This document shows positions 13,165 to 24,456 of a DNA stretch of 64,000 nucleotides, one piece after another (positions within the stretch are counted from its first letter, which is position 1; every line of letters starts with the position of its first letter). The notes under the pieces are model-generated. The model ran no database searches. It had not been told where the DNA came from and saw only the letters and a list, made by a program, of their open reading frames with translations. The DNA comes from Candidatus Omnitrophota bacterium (GTDB lineage: Bacteria; Omnitrophota; Gorgyraeia; Zapsychrales; Fredricksoniimonadaceae). The stretch spans positions 46,463-110,462 of the forward strand of contig JAGWOI010000002.1 of NCBI GenBank assembly GCA_028870995.1, read 5' to 3'. The position numbers and the translations under genes are program-made.

Positions 13165-13812
13165 ATGTTGACCATCTACGGTTCAGACCTGTCAGGCCCA
13201 GCCATCAAAACCCGGTTAACCGCCAGCTACCTCGGAATCGATTATAAATGGCAACTCGTTAACCTGCGGGAGAAGGAACAAAAGCAGGAATGGTTTTTGA
13301 AGATCAACCCAGCCGGCAAGGTTCCGGCCCTTGACGATGACGGATTTCATTTATTCGAAAGCAATGCCATCTGCAAATACCTTTGCGATAAGTACGATTC
13401 TGCGCTATACCCGAAGGATATCCGGAAGCGCGCGGTCATTGACCAGTGGATTGATTTCGTTTCTTTTCATATCTTGGCCTATTACGTCCCTGTCATGGTT
13501 AACCGCCTTTTTGCTCCCCTGAGAGGGCTTCCTGTTGATGAAAAAGCCATGCTGGACGGCGAAAACGGTCTTAAGCAATATTTTCCCCTTATAGAGGCCC
13601 AGCTGACCAAGAACGCATTTCTTACAGGAACGGCGGTATGCCTGGCTGATATTATTTTGTTCGCCGTTTTGGAACCGACGGAGATGGCCAAAATCGACTT
13701 AAGCCCATACCCTAAATTAACAGCCTGGCGTTCAGGATTGAAAAAACAACCCTTTTACACCCGTTGCTATAAAGAATACGGCGAAATGTTAAAGGTGCCT
13801 GCTTCCCGATAA
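13165..13812 (+). CDS. Glutathione S-transferase family protein
   Basis: FLKINPAGKVPAL-DDGFHLFESNAICKYL; C-terminal helical domain with LADI. Confidence 0.93.
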   Translation: MLTIYGSDLSGPAIKTRLTASYLGIDYKWQLVNLREKEQKQEWFLKINPAGKVPALDDDGFHLFESNAICKYLCDKYDSALYPKDIRKRAVIDQWIDFVSFHILAYYVPVMVNRLFAPLRGLPVDEKAMLDGENGLKQYFPLIEAQLTKNAFLTGTAVCLADIILFAVLEPTEMAKIDLSPYPKLTAWRSGLKKQPFYTRCYKEYGEMLKVPASR

Positions 13813-13817
13813 AGCCG

Positions 13818-14648
13818 ATGACCCAGAAACAGGGACCCTTGAAGGCCGCCCTCATCCAGTTCAACGCCACCGACGACAAAGCGGATAATCTTAAGCGCGC
13901 TTTAATGATGACCCAGGAAGCCCTGAAGCTGGGGGCCGGGTTTGTTCTCCTGCCGGAGGTGTTTAATTTTCGAGGGGATCCAAAAAATAAAACAATGTTC
14001 CGAGGCGCCGGGGAAAGGATCCCCGGCGTATCCAGCAAGGCTTTTATGCCGCTGGCCCTCAAACACCGGGCCCATGTTCTGCTGGGTTCTATTATAGAGA
14101 AGACAGCCTCGGCATATTTTTACAATACGTCGGTGCTCATAGGCCCTTCCGGTAAAATCATTGCCAAATACCGTAAAATTCATTTATTCGATGCCCGCCT
14201 CGATGCTAAAATAATTACTGAAGCTGATTGTTTCCGGCCCGGAAACAGGACCGTGACGGCTCCCGTCGCGGGGTTCAAGGCCGGACTTTCCATTTGCTAT
14301 GACCTGCGATTCCCGGCACTTTATCAGCGATACGCGCACCAAGGGGCCGGGATAGTGACGGTCCCAGCGTGCTTTACCCGCCGCACCGGACAGGCGCATT
14401 GGGAGACGCTGCTAAGGGCTAGGGCCATTGAAAACCTCGCTTACGTGCTGGCGCCTGCCCAGGTGGGCGCCGACGGGCGCGGCGTGCTGGCCCACGGCCA
14501 CAGCATGATCGTATCGCCGTGGGGAGAGGTCCTTGCCTGCGGCAGCGGCGATAAAGAGGAAATCATTTTCGGACATATCGATATTGAAGAGATAAAGAAG
14601 GCCCGGCAAGCTTTGCCCGGCATTATTGAGAGGCCGCCTTCTAAATGA
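13818..14648 (+). CDS. Carbon-nitrogen hydrolase, Nit1/deaminated glutathione amidase-like
   Basis: E-K-C triad: LPEVF, YRKIHLFD, ICYDLRFP; also HWETLLRARAIEN and GHSMIVSPWG. Confidence 0.9.
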   Translation: MTQKQGPLKAALIQFNATDDKADNLKRALMMTQEALKLGAGFVLLPEVFNFRGDPKNKTMFRGAGERIPGVSSKAFMPLALKHRAHVLLGSIIEKTASAYFYNTSVLIGPSGKIIAKYRKIHLFDARLDAKIITEADCFRPGNRTVTAPVAGFKAGLSICYDLRFPALYQRYAHQGAGIVTVPACFTRRTGQAHWETLLRARAIENLAYVLAPAQVGADGRGVLAHGHSMIVSPWGEVLACGSGDKEEIIFGHIDIEEIKKARQALPGIIERPPSK

Positions 14649-14712
14649 AAATTAAGGTAGCGGCACTTTTCTAGGAGTAAATTTTATTAGTTCAATGGAA
14701 GGAGAAAAACGT

Positions 14713-15693
14713 ATGTCTAAGCGTCTTAAAGTAGCGGTGACAGGTGCCGCAGGCCAGATAGGGTATGCATTGTTGTTCCGTATCGCCTCCGGGGAGATGT
14801 TCGGCCCCGGCATCGAAATCGATTTAAGTTTGTTGGAATTGGAAAAAGCCCTCCCTGCGTTAAACGGGGTGGTTATGGAGCTGGATGACTGCGCGTTCCC
14901 TCTATTGCGGTCGGTATCCGTATCGTCGGAGGCGGCGGTGGCGTTCAAAGACATCGATTGGGCCCTGCTTGTCGGCAGCGTGCCGCGCAAGGAAGGTATG
15001 GAGCGCGGAGACCTCTTAAAAATCAACGGCGGTGTTTTTACAGGGCAGGGCCGGGCCCTGTCCGATCATGCCAAGCCGACTGCCAAGGTCCTCGTCGTGG
15101 GCAATCCCTGCAACACCAATGCTTTTATCGCCAAAAGCGTTTGCAAAAACATTCCCTCTCAGAACTTTTTTGCCATGACCATGCTCGATGCCAACCGGTC
15201 CCTGAGTCAGTTGGCGCAGAAAGCCGGCGTGGCGGTCGCGGCGGTCAAGAATGTGGCCATTTGGGGTAATCATTCATCTACCCAGTATCCTGATTTTTAT
15301 CACGCCACCATCCAGGGGCGGCCGGCACCGGAGGTGATCAAGGATGAAGCCTGGCTTAAGGGCGCGTTCATCGAGACGGTGCAAAAACGCGGAGCGGCTG
15401 TCATCAAAGCACGGGGCCTTTCGTCGGCCGCTTCGGCTGCCAATGCCGTGATCGATACCGTGCGCGCGATCACAACGCCCACCCCGGCCGGCGAGTTCTT
15501 TTCGGCCGCCGTTTCTTCGGACGGCAGCTATGGCATCGAGCCCGGCCTTATCTTCGGTTTTCCTTTGCGTTCGGACGGTCAACGATGCAGCATTGTCCAG
15601 GGCATCCAGCATAATGAGTTTGCGCAGTCCAAAATCAAGGCTACCCTGGATGAATTGCTGGCAGAAAAAGCGGCCGTAGCAGGGCTAGTTTAG
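14713..15693 (+). CDS. mdh: Malate dehydrogenase (MDH type 2)
   Basis: [62 protein letters not shown] 14713 follows a GGAG RBS. Confidence 0.97.
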   Translation: MSKRLKVAVTGAAGQIGYALLFRIASGEMFGPGIEIDLSLLELEKALPALNGVVMELDDCAFPLLRSVSVSSEAAVAFKDIDWALLVGSVPRKEGMERGDLLKINGGVFTGQGRALSDHAKPTAKVLVVGNPCNTNAFIAKSVCKNIPSQNFFAMTMLDANRSLSQLAQKAGVAVAAVKNVAIWGNHSSTQYPDFYHATIQGRPAPEVIKDEAWLKGAFIETVQKRGAAVIKARGLSSAASAANAVIDTVRAITTPTPAGEFFSAAVSSDGSYGIEPGLIFGFPLRSDGQRCSIVQGIQHNEFAQSKIKATLDELLAEKAAVAGLV

Positions 15694-15872
15694 AGCGGGG
15701 CTCAAATATTTCGATTTTCCGTTGACCCTCATAAAATCTTCATATATGATTTTATTTGTTGAAAAAAAATAAGTTACAACAATAAAGCCCCAGATTTTCG
15801 ACGCTGTTCGCGCCCGGTTTATTGATTTTTCTAAGAAAGCGGGTATACTTGAAGAACATTTGGAGGGAATCA

Positions 15873-16871
15873 ATGGAAAGACCCGGAATTAAAACATACG
15901 GGGTGCTGTTCCTGATCGCGGGGATGGCTTTTTTGACCGGATGCGACCAACTGCAGAATTTATTGGGACTGGGCAATAAAAAACAAGAAGCCAGCCAGCA
16001 GTCGCCCGCAGCCGCCCCTTCCACGCCGCCATCAACGGTTTCACCCACGCCCTCTTCACAAGGCCCTTTACCCAGCGACGCCTTGGTCCGTATCGGCGGC
16101 TGGACCCTGACCCAAGAAGATTTCAACAAGCGGCTTACCCTTTTAAAACAGCAGCTTGCCGGGATGAAAGAAAATTTCAAAGAGGATGACCCGGCGGCAA
16201 AAAATTATGTTTTGGATCAGCTGATCCGCCAGCAGCTTCTGGTGAAGGAAGCCGAAGATTCAGGCATTGGTAACAGTAAGGACATTCAGCAGGCGGTTGA
16301 GGATTTTCGCCGGACGCTTTTGGTCCAGGAACTGGTCAGCCGTCTGACCAAGAATGTGGCCGCCAACGAAAGCGAAGCCAGGGCCTATTATGATGCCAAC
16401 AAGGCCGCGTTGACCGAGCCGGTGACCTGGCAGGTCAGCGAGATCATTGTCCCCGATGAGGCTGCGGCCAAGAGCATTTTAGTCCAAATTTTACAGGGCG
16501 GGGATTTTGCCCAGATCGCCCAGGCGCAGTCCAAGGCTGCGGATGCTGCCGAGGGCGGGAAATTAAAACCTTTTATCACCGGCCAGGCACCTTTCGACGC
16601 CATGCAAACGGCCATTGCCAATTTGGGGGCAGGGGACGTCAGCGGCGTTTTCAAGGGACCCAAGGGCTACTACATTGTCAAGGTGGACTCTAAAACAGGC
16701 GGGAAGCTTAAGCCGTTTACCGACTTCAAAGAGCAGATCCTCTATTTCCTGACTCAGCAGAAACAGCAGGCCGTGCTGCTCAAGCACCTCAATGAACTGG
16801 CGGAGAAATACAAGCCGGAATATAACAAGGAACTGATCGGCCAGGTGATCGGAAACCCGGCGCATAAATAA
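15873..16871 (+). CDS. Parvulin-type peptidyl-prolyl isomerase lipoprotein (PrsA/SurA-like)
   Basis: Lipobox LTGC, SurA-N-like helices, rotamase motifs GGDFAQIAQAQS and GDVSGVFKGPKGYYIVKV. ATG 15873 follows GGAGG. Confidence 0.85.
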   Translation: MERPGIKTYGVLFLIAGMAFLTGCDQLQNLLGLGNKKQEASQQSPAAAPSTPPSTVSPTPSSQGPLPSDALVRIGGWTLTQEDFNKRLTLLKQQLAGMKENFKEDDPAAKNYVLDQLIRQQLLVKEAEDSGIGNSKDIQQAVEDFRRTLLVQELVSRLTKNVAANESEARAYYDANKAALTEPVTWQVSEIIVPDEAAAKSILVQILQGGDFAQIAQAQSKAADAAEGGKLKPFITGQAPFDAMQTAIANLGAGDVSGVFKGPKGYYIVKVDSKTGGKLKPFTDFKEQILYFLTQQKQQAVLLKHLNELAEKYKPEYNKELIGQVIGNPAHK

Positions 16872-16894
16872 GGCTTAAACAAAGAGAGGGAAAA

Positions 16895-17752
16895 TTGCCT
16901 TTCGAAAACCGCAAACAACTTTTCATTATCATCGGCGCTGTGGCGGCCGGGATGGTGGCCGTTCTTTTGGCGAGCAATTACGTCAAGAACGCCATTCAAA
17001 GCCAGACCCGGGCCCTGGCCGAGCAATACGAAAGCAGACAAAAGGATATGGTGGCCCAGGTCCAGCAGCAAAGCCAGCAGCAAATGGCCCAGCTGGCCCA
17101 GGAATTGGAGCGGGTCAAGGCCCAAGAGGCCCAACAGGTACAGCAGCAAATGGCGGCACTGAAAGCCTCCCAGGAGCAGCAGATGCGCCTGATGCAGCAA
17201 CAGCAGCAGGCTGCTGCCGTCAACAAACAAGGGGCCAGGAAGCCCTCGCTGGCCTTGAGAACGCCGGTTGGCAAGCGCGCCGTGACCGTTAAGATCGACT
17301 CATTGTCTGCTGTCGGAGGATTGATCAATCCGGGCGATTTTGTGGATGTGATCGGTGAGTTGAATGTTCCCTCGCAAACTTCCGAAAAATTGACCGTAAC
17401 AGCCATGATCTTTCAGGACTTACAGGTGCTTGCGGTCAATACCAATGAAGAAGAGCTGGGGGCATACGACGATCAGCAGGCGGCCAATTCTTTAAAAATT
17501 ACCTTTGCTGTGGACCCGCAAGAGGCGGGCCTTTTGGAGTTTGCCAACAAGAACGGAACGTTGGAACTGGCATTACGGTCACCGGATGATACCGAACACA
17601 GGCTGGTCAAGGCCGATACTTGGAAAACCCTGGCGGACTACATCTTGAAGAACCAGGGGCTTAATATTGAAAACCCCGATGAAATTCCCGAAAATAAACC
17701 AGTGGAAAGCAAACCCATGATCCAGATTTTTAGAGGCGGCAAGGAACTTTGA
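16895..17752 (+). CDS. cpaB: Flp pilus assembly protein CpaB/RcpC
   Basis: N-terminal TM, then GKRAVTVKIDSLSAVGGLINPGDFVDVI...QDLQVLAV...LELALRS (RcpC domain). Confidence 0.9.
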   Translation: MPFENRKQLFIIIGAVAAGMVAVLLASNYVKNAIQSQTRALAEQYESRQKDMVAQVQQQSQQQMAQLAQELERVKAQEAQQVQQQMAALKASQEQQMRLMQQQQQAAAVNKQGARKPSLALRTPVGKRAVTVKIDSLSAVGGLINPGDFVDVIGELNVPSQTSEKLTVTAMIFQDLQVLAVNTNEEELGAYDDQQAANSLKITFAVDPQEAGLLEFANKNGTLELALRSPDDTEHRLVKADTWKTLADYILKNQGLNIENPDEIPENKPVESKPMIQIFRGGKEL

Positions 17753-19590
17753 GGCGTATGAAAAACAAGTTTTTAAAGAGGCTGTCCCTCGTCATGCTGG
17801 GCTTTGCGCTGACCGCCTTTTATTTGCCTCCGCTTTCAGCCGATGAGAATTTCACCATGGACTCCTCGACAACAGGAGACGTCGTTGATATGGTCTCCGG
17901 CGATATCCAGTCCGTCCCTGCCAATGGATTGATCCGGGTATCGGTGACCAATCCCGAGGTGGCCGACATCTCCGACGTGACAGACGACAAGGTTTCATTG
18001 ATCGCCAAGAGGGCGGGGTCAACGGTTTTGTTCATATGGGATGCCGCCGGCAAGCGCAGCGTCAAGGTGCGGGTGGCCGCCGAAGATCTTAATGCCCTCA
18101 AGGAAAGGGTGCAGAAGCTTTTGGAAGAAGCCAACATCAAGGGGGTTTCCGAAGATATCAATCTCGATATCGGCAAGGTCATCCTGACAGGCTCTTTGTC
18201 CAAGGAGGACAAAAACCGGATGATGGACGTCCTGCTGCCCTACAGCGATAATTTGATGAATCTCGTCAAAGAACAAAAAAATGAAGAGCTGATCCAGGTG
18301 GATATGCAGATTGTAGAGATCAACGTCAGCCTGGAAAAAACCCTCGGCATTTTGTGGGGGACATCTTCAGGAGGATCCTCTTCCACAGGCGGTACCAACA
18401 GCGGACAGATAAACCTTAATTACAGCGAAACCATTCCCGGCGGAGACAAATTCAAGGACCTCTTTAAGGTCGGTAATTTTACCCGCGGCTCGTCGCTGGA
18501 GGCTACGGTCAATGCCCTGGTCCAGGAAGGCAAGGCCAGGCTCATCTCCAAGCCCCGCTTGGTGGTGGTCAGCGGCAAGCCGGCGAGTTTTCTGGTGGGC
18601 GGCGAGATCCCGATCCAATCCACCACGGTCAGCACCACCGGCAGCACCTTGACCAATAACACAACCTACGCGGAATACGGTGTCAATTTATCGGTCACGC
18701 CCACCATTAAGGACGGGAAAATCGATGTTTTGCTTAATGTGGACATCCGCGACGTGGATTCGGCCACACCGATCTCCAGTTCGGGAGGCAATGTGGCTTT
18801 CGTCACGCGGACCGCGTCCACGGACCTGCTGCTGGACAATAGGCAGACTATTGCCCTGGCCGGATTGATCAAATATGAAGACAGCGTGACGATGACGGAA
18901 GTCCCGTTCCTTTCCAAGCTGCCCTTGCTGGGCGGATTTTTTAGAAACAGGAGCGAGCCCGCCGATTCCAATACGGAAATGATCATTATCCTGACCCCTA
19001 CGGTGCTGACGGATAAGAAATACGAGCACAAACAGTTGGTCATGCCAACACCCGAGGAGCGCAGCTCCTGGAACGAAATCGATGCGAAGTATGAACATGA
19101 ACCGATCGTGTCTAATTGGCCTCCATCCGTTCAACAGGCCAAGCCGTCTTCGGCAGAGATGCCGTCGTTTGCCCCCTCGTTCCCATTGGCGCCGCAATAC
19201 ACCGGGAATTCGACAACGGTGAACCCGCTGATGATCCCTCCTGTGGATACGGTGGGCCTTCCGGCCACCGCAGCCTATGCGCGCATGGTGCAGGAAAAGA
19301 TCTCCAGAGCCATTCTTTCTCCCCAGGTTTTGAAGGGCACCATGGGAGGCACGGTCAAGCTCAAGCTGCACATCCTTAAAGACGGGTCCCTTGATTCGGA
19401 AGAAGTGGTTCAGTCTTCGGGCAACAATACCCTGGATAGTGATGCCATGAGGGCCGCTAAAACAGCAGCGCCTTTCGCTGCTTTTACCCCCGAGATGGAT
19501 CAGCAGGACCTTGAGTTCACCGTTCCCATCATTTTTAACAGGTTGATTCCGGGAAACCAACCGGCGGAGAAGATCATTGCCTCGCATTAA
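17749..19590 (+). CDS. cpaC: Tad secretin RcpA/CpaC with C-terminal TonB-like domain
   Basis: Signal peptide, pilus N-terminal domain (VSVTNPEVADI), secretin core (ISKPRLVVVSGKPASFLVGGEIP, VPFLSKLPLLGGFFR), then a Pro-rich linker and a TonB_C-like tail. Start may be 17758. Confidence 0.9.
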   Translation: MRRMKNKFLKRLSLVMLGFALTAFYLPPLSADENFTMDSSTTGDVVDMVSGDIQSVPANGLIRVSVTNPEVADISDVTDDKVSLIAKRAGSTVLFIWDAAGKRSVKVRVAAEDLNALKERVQKLLEEANIKGVSEDINLDIGKVILTGSLSKEDKNRMMDVLLPYSDNLMNLVKEQKNEELIQVDMQIVEINVSLEKTLGILWGTSSGGSSSTGGTNSGQINLNYSETIPGGDKFKDLFKVGNFTRGSSLEATVNALVQEGKARLISKPRLVVVSGKPASFLVGGEIPIQSTTVSTTGSTLTNNTTYAEYGVNLSVTPTIKDGKIDVLLNVDIRDVDSATPISSSGGNVAFVTRTASTDLLLDNRQTIALAGLIKYEDSVTMTEVPFLSKLPLLGGFFRNRSEPADSNTEMIIILTPTVLTDKKYEHKQLVMPTPEERSSWNEIDAKYEHEPIVSNWPPSVQQAKPSSAEMPSFAPSFPLAPQYTGNSTTVNPLMIPPVDTVGLPATAAYARMVQEKISRAILSPQVLKGTMGGTVKLKLHILKDGSLDSEEVVQSSGNNTLDSDAMRAAKTAAPFAAFTPEMDQQDLEFTVPIIFNRLIPGNQPAEKIIASH

Positions 19591-19840
19591 CCGGTTTATG
19601 CTGATCGTTGCGGCTTGCTTGATGCTTTTCGCCCCCGTGAAGGCGCAAGCGGTACAGGGCGATCTGGATGCTCAAATAGAAAAAGAATTTGTTCCTGTGC
19701 AGCCTAATGCCGAGGCCCAGTTTAATTCGGTGCCGTCGCTGGATGTCGAGAAAGAATTTTCCCCCTTGTCGGTGGACGCCGACAAAGAGTTCGCTGTGTT
19801 ACAGCCGGACGCAGAAAAGGAGTTTTCTCCCGCCCCTTGA
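19577..19840 (+). CDS. Small exported protein with about 11-aa EKEF repeats
   Basis: Signal peptide ending AQA; five imperfect [D/Q]x[E/D]KEF repeats; overlaps the secretin stop. Confidence 0.65.
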   Translation: MPRINRFMLIVAACLMLFAPVKAQAVQGDLDAQIEKEFVPVQPNAEAQFNSVPSLDVEKEFSPLSVDADKEFAVLQPDAEKEFSPAP

Positions 19841-19890
19841 AGGAATCAACAGCGACAAATTTGCAAAACGTGGTACAATAAAAAGATATT

Positions 19891-22047
<2,157 letters not shown>

Positions 22048-22052
22048 TCCTC

Positions 22053-22400
22053 ATGATCACCAATCTCACCCGCCAGACGACCGTTGCCACCGACGTAGAA
22101 ATCGCCAGAAACCTATGGCAGCGCACCCAGGGCTTGCTGGGCCGGGAAGGTCTGCCCCAAGGCCGGGCGCTGATCATTCCCTACTGCGAATCCATTCATA
22201 TGTTTTTTATGAAGTTCCCTATCGACGTGATTTTTTGTGATAGAAACCACAAGGTGGTGGGGCTTTGCGCCAATATCAAGCCTTTTTGCATGTCGCCTAT
22301 TTTCTTTAAAGCTTCCTATGCGATCGAACTGCCCGCAGGCAGCATCGCCTCTTCACATACCCAAAAGGGCGACGCCTTGAAGTGCCCGCCGTTGCCGTAG
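22053..22400 (+). CDS. DUF192 family protein
   Basis: ARNLWQRTQGLLGR...SIHMFFMKFPIDVIF...AIELPAG. Confidence 0.88.
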   Translation: MITNLTRQTTVATDVEIARNLWQRTQGLLGREGLPQGRALIIPYCESIHMFFMKFPIDVIFCDRNHKVVGLCANIKPFCMSPIFFKASYAIELPAGSIASSHTQKGDALKCPPLP

Positions 22401-22699
22401 GCAGTTATTTTTTACCGTCCTTTTTGCAATCACAACCACCGATCCGCTGCACATGATCGGAGGACGGTATCCAGACAAAGTGGGAGAGACCGTCACAACG
22501 GATCTCATTCTCTCCGATCTTCCAAACAATCTTCATCTGGTCGATCTTAAATATTTCCCTCCGTGACTTGGGAAGCATCGGCTCTCCTTGCCGAAAATTC
22601 ATCCTGTCTTAATGAAGTAACCAATATAATGGGGAACAGGATGATGTGTAGAAATATCAGGGACGAATATATATACTACACGCAAATTTGAGTAAATCA

Positions 22700-22942
22700 A
22701 TGACTAAAAAACTGCTTATCGACTTTGGCAAAAGGATAAGGGCCGAAAGGCTCAGCCAGGGTATTTCCCAAGAAAAACTCGCCGAGCTTGCGGATCTTCA
22801 TCGAAACTATATAGGGATGATCGAGCGCGCAGAGATCAATATCACCCTGCTTAATATCGAAAAGCTTGCCAAGGCCCTAAAAACCACTCCCATCAAACTC
22901 TTGCGATCCAAATCAACCAGGGTAGAGAAGCAAAGACATTAA
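22700..22942 (+). CDS. XRE-family HTH regulator (C-protein-like)
   Basis: FGKRIRAERLSQGISQEKLAELADLHRNYIGMIERAEINITLLNIEKLAKAL. ATG at 22700; the track starts at 22688. Confidence 0.88.
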   Translation: MTKKLLIDFGKRIRAERLSQGISQEKLAELADLHRNYIGMIERAEINITLLNIEKLAKALKTTPIKLLRSKSTRVEKQRH

Positions 22943-22980
22943 AAGCGGCTCTTCCCTAAACACGGGAAATCTTAAGGTTG

Positions 22981-23026
22981 TTGACGCTCCATACTTCATA
23001 ATGTTATAATGTCCAGACTGGACATT
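22981..23026 (+). promoter_or_regulatory. Promoter with overlapping perfect palindrome (putative operator)
   Basis: TTGACG-N18-TATAAT overlapped by AATGTCCAG-A-CTGGACATT (23008-23026), ending just before ATG 23028. Confidence 0.65.
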
Positions 23027-23027
23027 T

Positions 23028-24083
23028 ATGGGCGTAACATACAAATTAAAAGAAGAAGTCGTTGGTTTTATTATCAATGAACGCAAAGCTAACCCTCTTT
23101 TTTCCTGCCGTCAGCTGGCTGAATCCGCGTCCCAGAAGTTTGGCTTAAGATTATCAAAATCTTCGGTTCATGATGTCCTTAAAGAATCGGGAATCATCAC
23201 GCCCAGAGGCAGAAAACCTAAAAATAAGTTCGAAATTCCTCAAGAAAAAAAACTGCAGATCAAGGACAGTCTTTCCCAGACAAATTTGCTGCCTCCGCCG
23301 CCCGTTCCCGAAGCTCCGCCTGAACCGCGATCGTTGGCCGTGCAACCCATAGTTTTGCCTGTGCAAAAGGTCCCGCCAGTCGTGGTACAGCCGGAAAAGT
23401 CTCAAAATATTGAGATCTCACCCGAATATGAAGGGGCGGGCAGGGTTTTTTTGAAGGCTGCCCTTTGGGACCTGGGGATTTTTTCCGACGAGAATATAAA
23501 AGAGACGGACTGGCTTTATTACCTGACGTATTGCAAAGGCATTAAGATCGCATTGGAGGGTGATCGAGATGTCATTGTTGAAATGCCTCTTCCTATTGAG
23601 CGTTGTATTCAGTGGGCAGTAGACGGCTTAATCAATAATGTAAGGCCCCTGTTTTTGTCACAGGTTTCCGATCAGGAGCTGTTTAAGGCGTGCATGGAAG
23701 CCAGGCCAGGCTTTAAAATAATGTCCGTGTCTGTGGTGGATGGAAAAGACCATAAAATATTAGAAATTTGTGATATTGTGGAGTTTATAAGAAAATTTTC
23801 ATTTAAAAACATATGTTTTGTGGAGAATTTTGCTAAAACCGCCACAGAAAGAGCAAAAGGTTTGTTTTTTCCACAATCAATTGAAATTAAAGAGCTTATA
23901 GAAAATATATTTGATTTGAAGGGATTTGATTCGATAAGCGACACAGAAAATGTAGTAAAGATAATTGTACCAATAGATTATGACAAAATACAGGCATTAA
24001 ACGAAGCCGCAGACAAGCTAAACAGCATGTACTTATTTGACGAGCATAATAAACAGGTTAAGGTCGAAATAATCATAGGTTAA
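23028..24083 (+). CDS. Hypothetical protein with N-terminal HTH-like domain
   Basis: NPLFSCRQLAESASQKFGLRLSKSSVHDVLKESG (HTH-like), PRGRKPK, Pro-rich linker; C-terminal region unrecognised. Confidence 0.7.
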   Translation: MGVTYKLKEEVVGFIINERKANPLFSCRQLAESASQKFGLRLSKSSVHDVLKESGIITPRGRKPKNKFEIPQEKKLQIKDSLSQTNLLPPPPVPEAPPEPRSLAVQPIVLPVQKVPPVVVQPEKSQNIEISPEYEGAGRVFLKAALWDLGIFSDENIKETDWLYYLTYCKGIKIALEGDRDVIVEMPLPIERCIQWAVDGLINNVRPLFLSQVSDQELFKACMEARPGFKIMSVSVVDGKDHKILEICDIVEFIRKFSFKNICFVENFAKTATERAKGLFFPQSIEIKELIENIFDLKGFDSISDTENVVKIIVPIDYDKIQALNEAADKLNSMYLFDEHNKQVKVEIIIG

Positions 24084-24110
24084 ATTCCGATTATTTTTGA
24101 GCTGGCGGGG

Positions 24111-24139
24111 TTGACAGCGTCTATTATATATGGCATACT
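24111..24139 (+). promoter_or_regulatory. Putative sigma70 promoter of the pilin array
   Basis: TTGACA-N17-CATACT with an extended TG. Confidence 0.6.
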
Positions 24140-24278
24140 TCTATCAAAGCAAATCACAGCTTGTATCAACAGCCCTTCGGGGCTTTTACATAGATGAAAG
24201 ACCGTTTTATTTTTCCTCGCTCCTGCTTAAGGCAGGGGGAAGGTCTAATCGATCTTCTGGCACATAAGGTGAAGGACG

Positions 24279-24434
24279 ATGATCCGACTCACGAGAAGCA
24301 CAAAGGCACAAAACTTAATCGAATATGCGATCGTCGTGGCCTTGATCTCGGCAGCGCTGGCGCTGTTGAGTACCTATGTGTTCCGTTCCGTCCAAGCCGA
24401 ACAGAAGATAGTTACTGAGGACTCCTTAAACTGA
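24279..24434 (+). CDS. Flp-type pilin, 51 aa (missed by ORF track)
   Basis: MIRLTRSTKA|QNLIEYAIVVALISAALALLSTYVFRSVQAEQKIVTEDSLN; class III signal with E+5/Y+6; RBS GAAGGA. Confidence 0.85.
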   Translation: MIRLTRSTKAQNLIEYAIVVALISAALALLSTYVFRSVQAEQKIVTEDSLN

Positions 24435-24456
24435 AAATATTCCTTTGGAGGGAATT

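Noticed and set aside
22405-22602. 65-aa minus-strand ORF divergent from the XRE gene, with a 9-bp inverted repeat (22599-22607/22636-22644)
   Set aside because: No recognisable motif; could be real but cannot be supported from sequence alone.
22688-22942. Restriction-modification system signalled by the C-protein-like XRE gene
   Set aside because: No adjacent methyltransferase or recognisable endonuclease, and no clear C-box.
24194-24418. 74-aa ORF from the track
   Set aside because: It overlaps the convincing 51-aa pilin in another frame and the structured leader.
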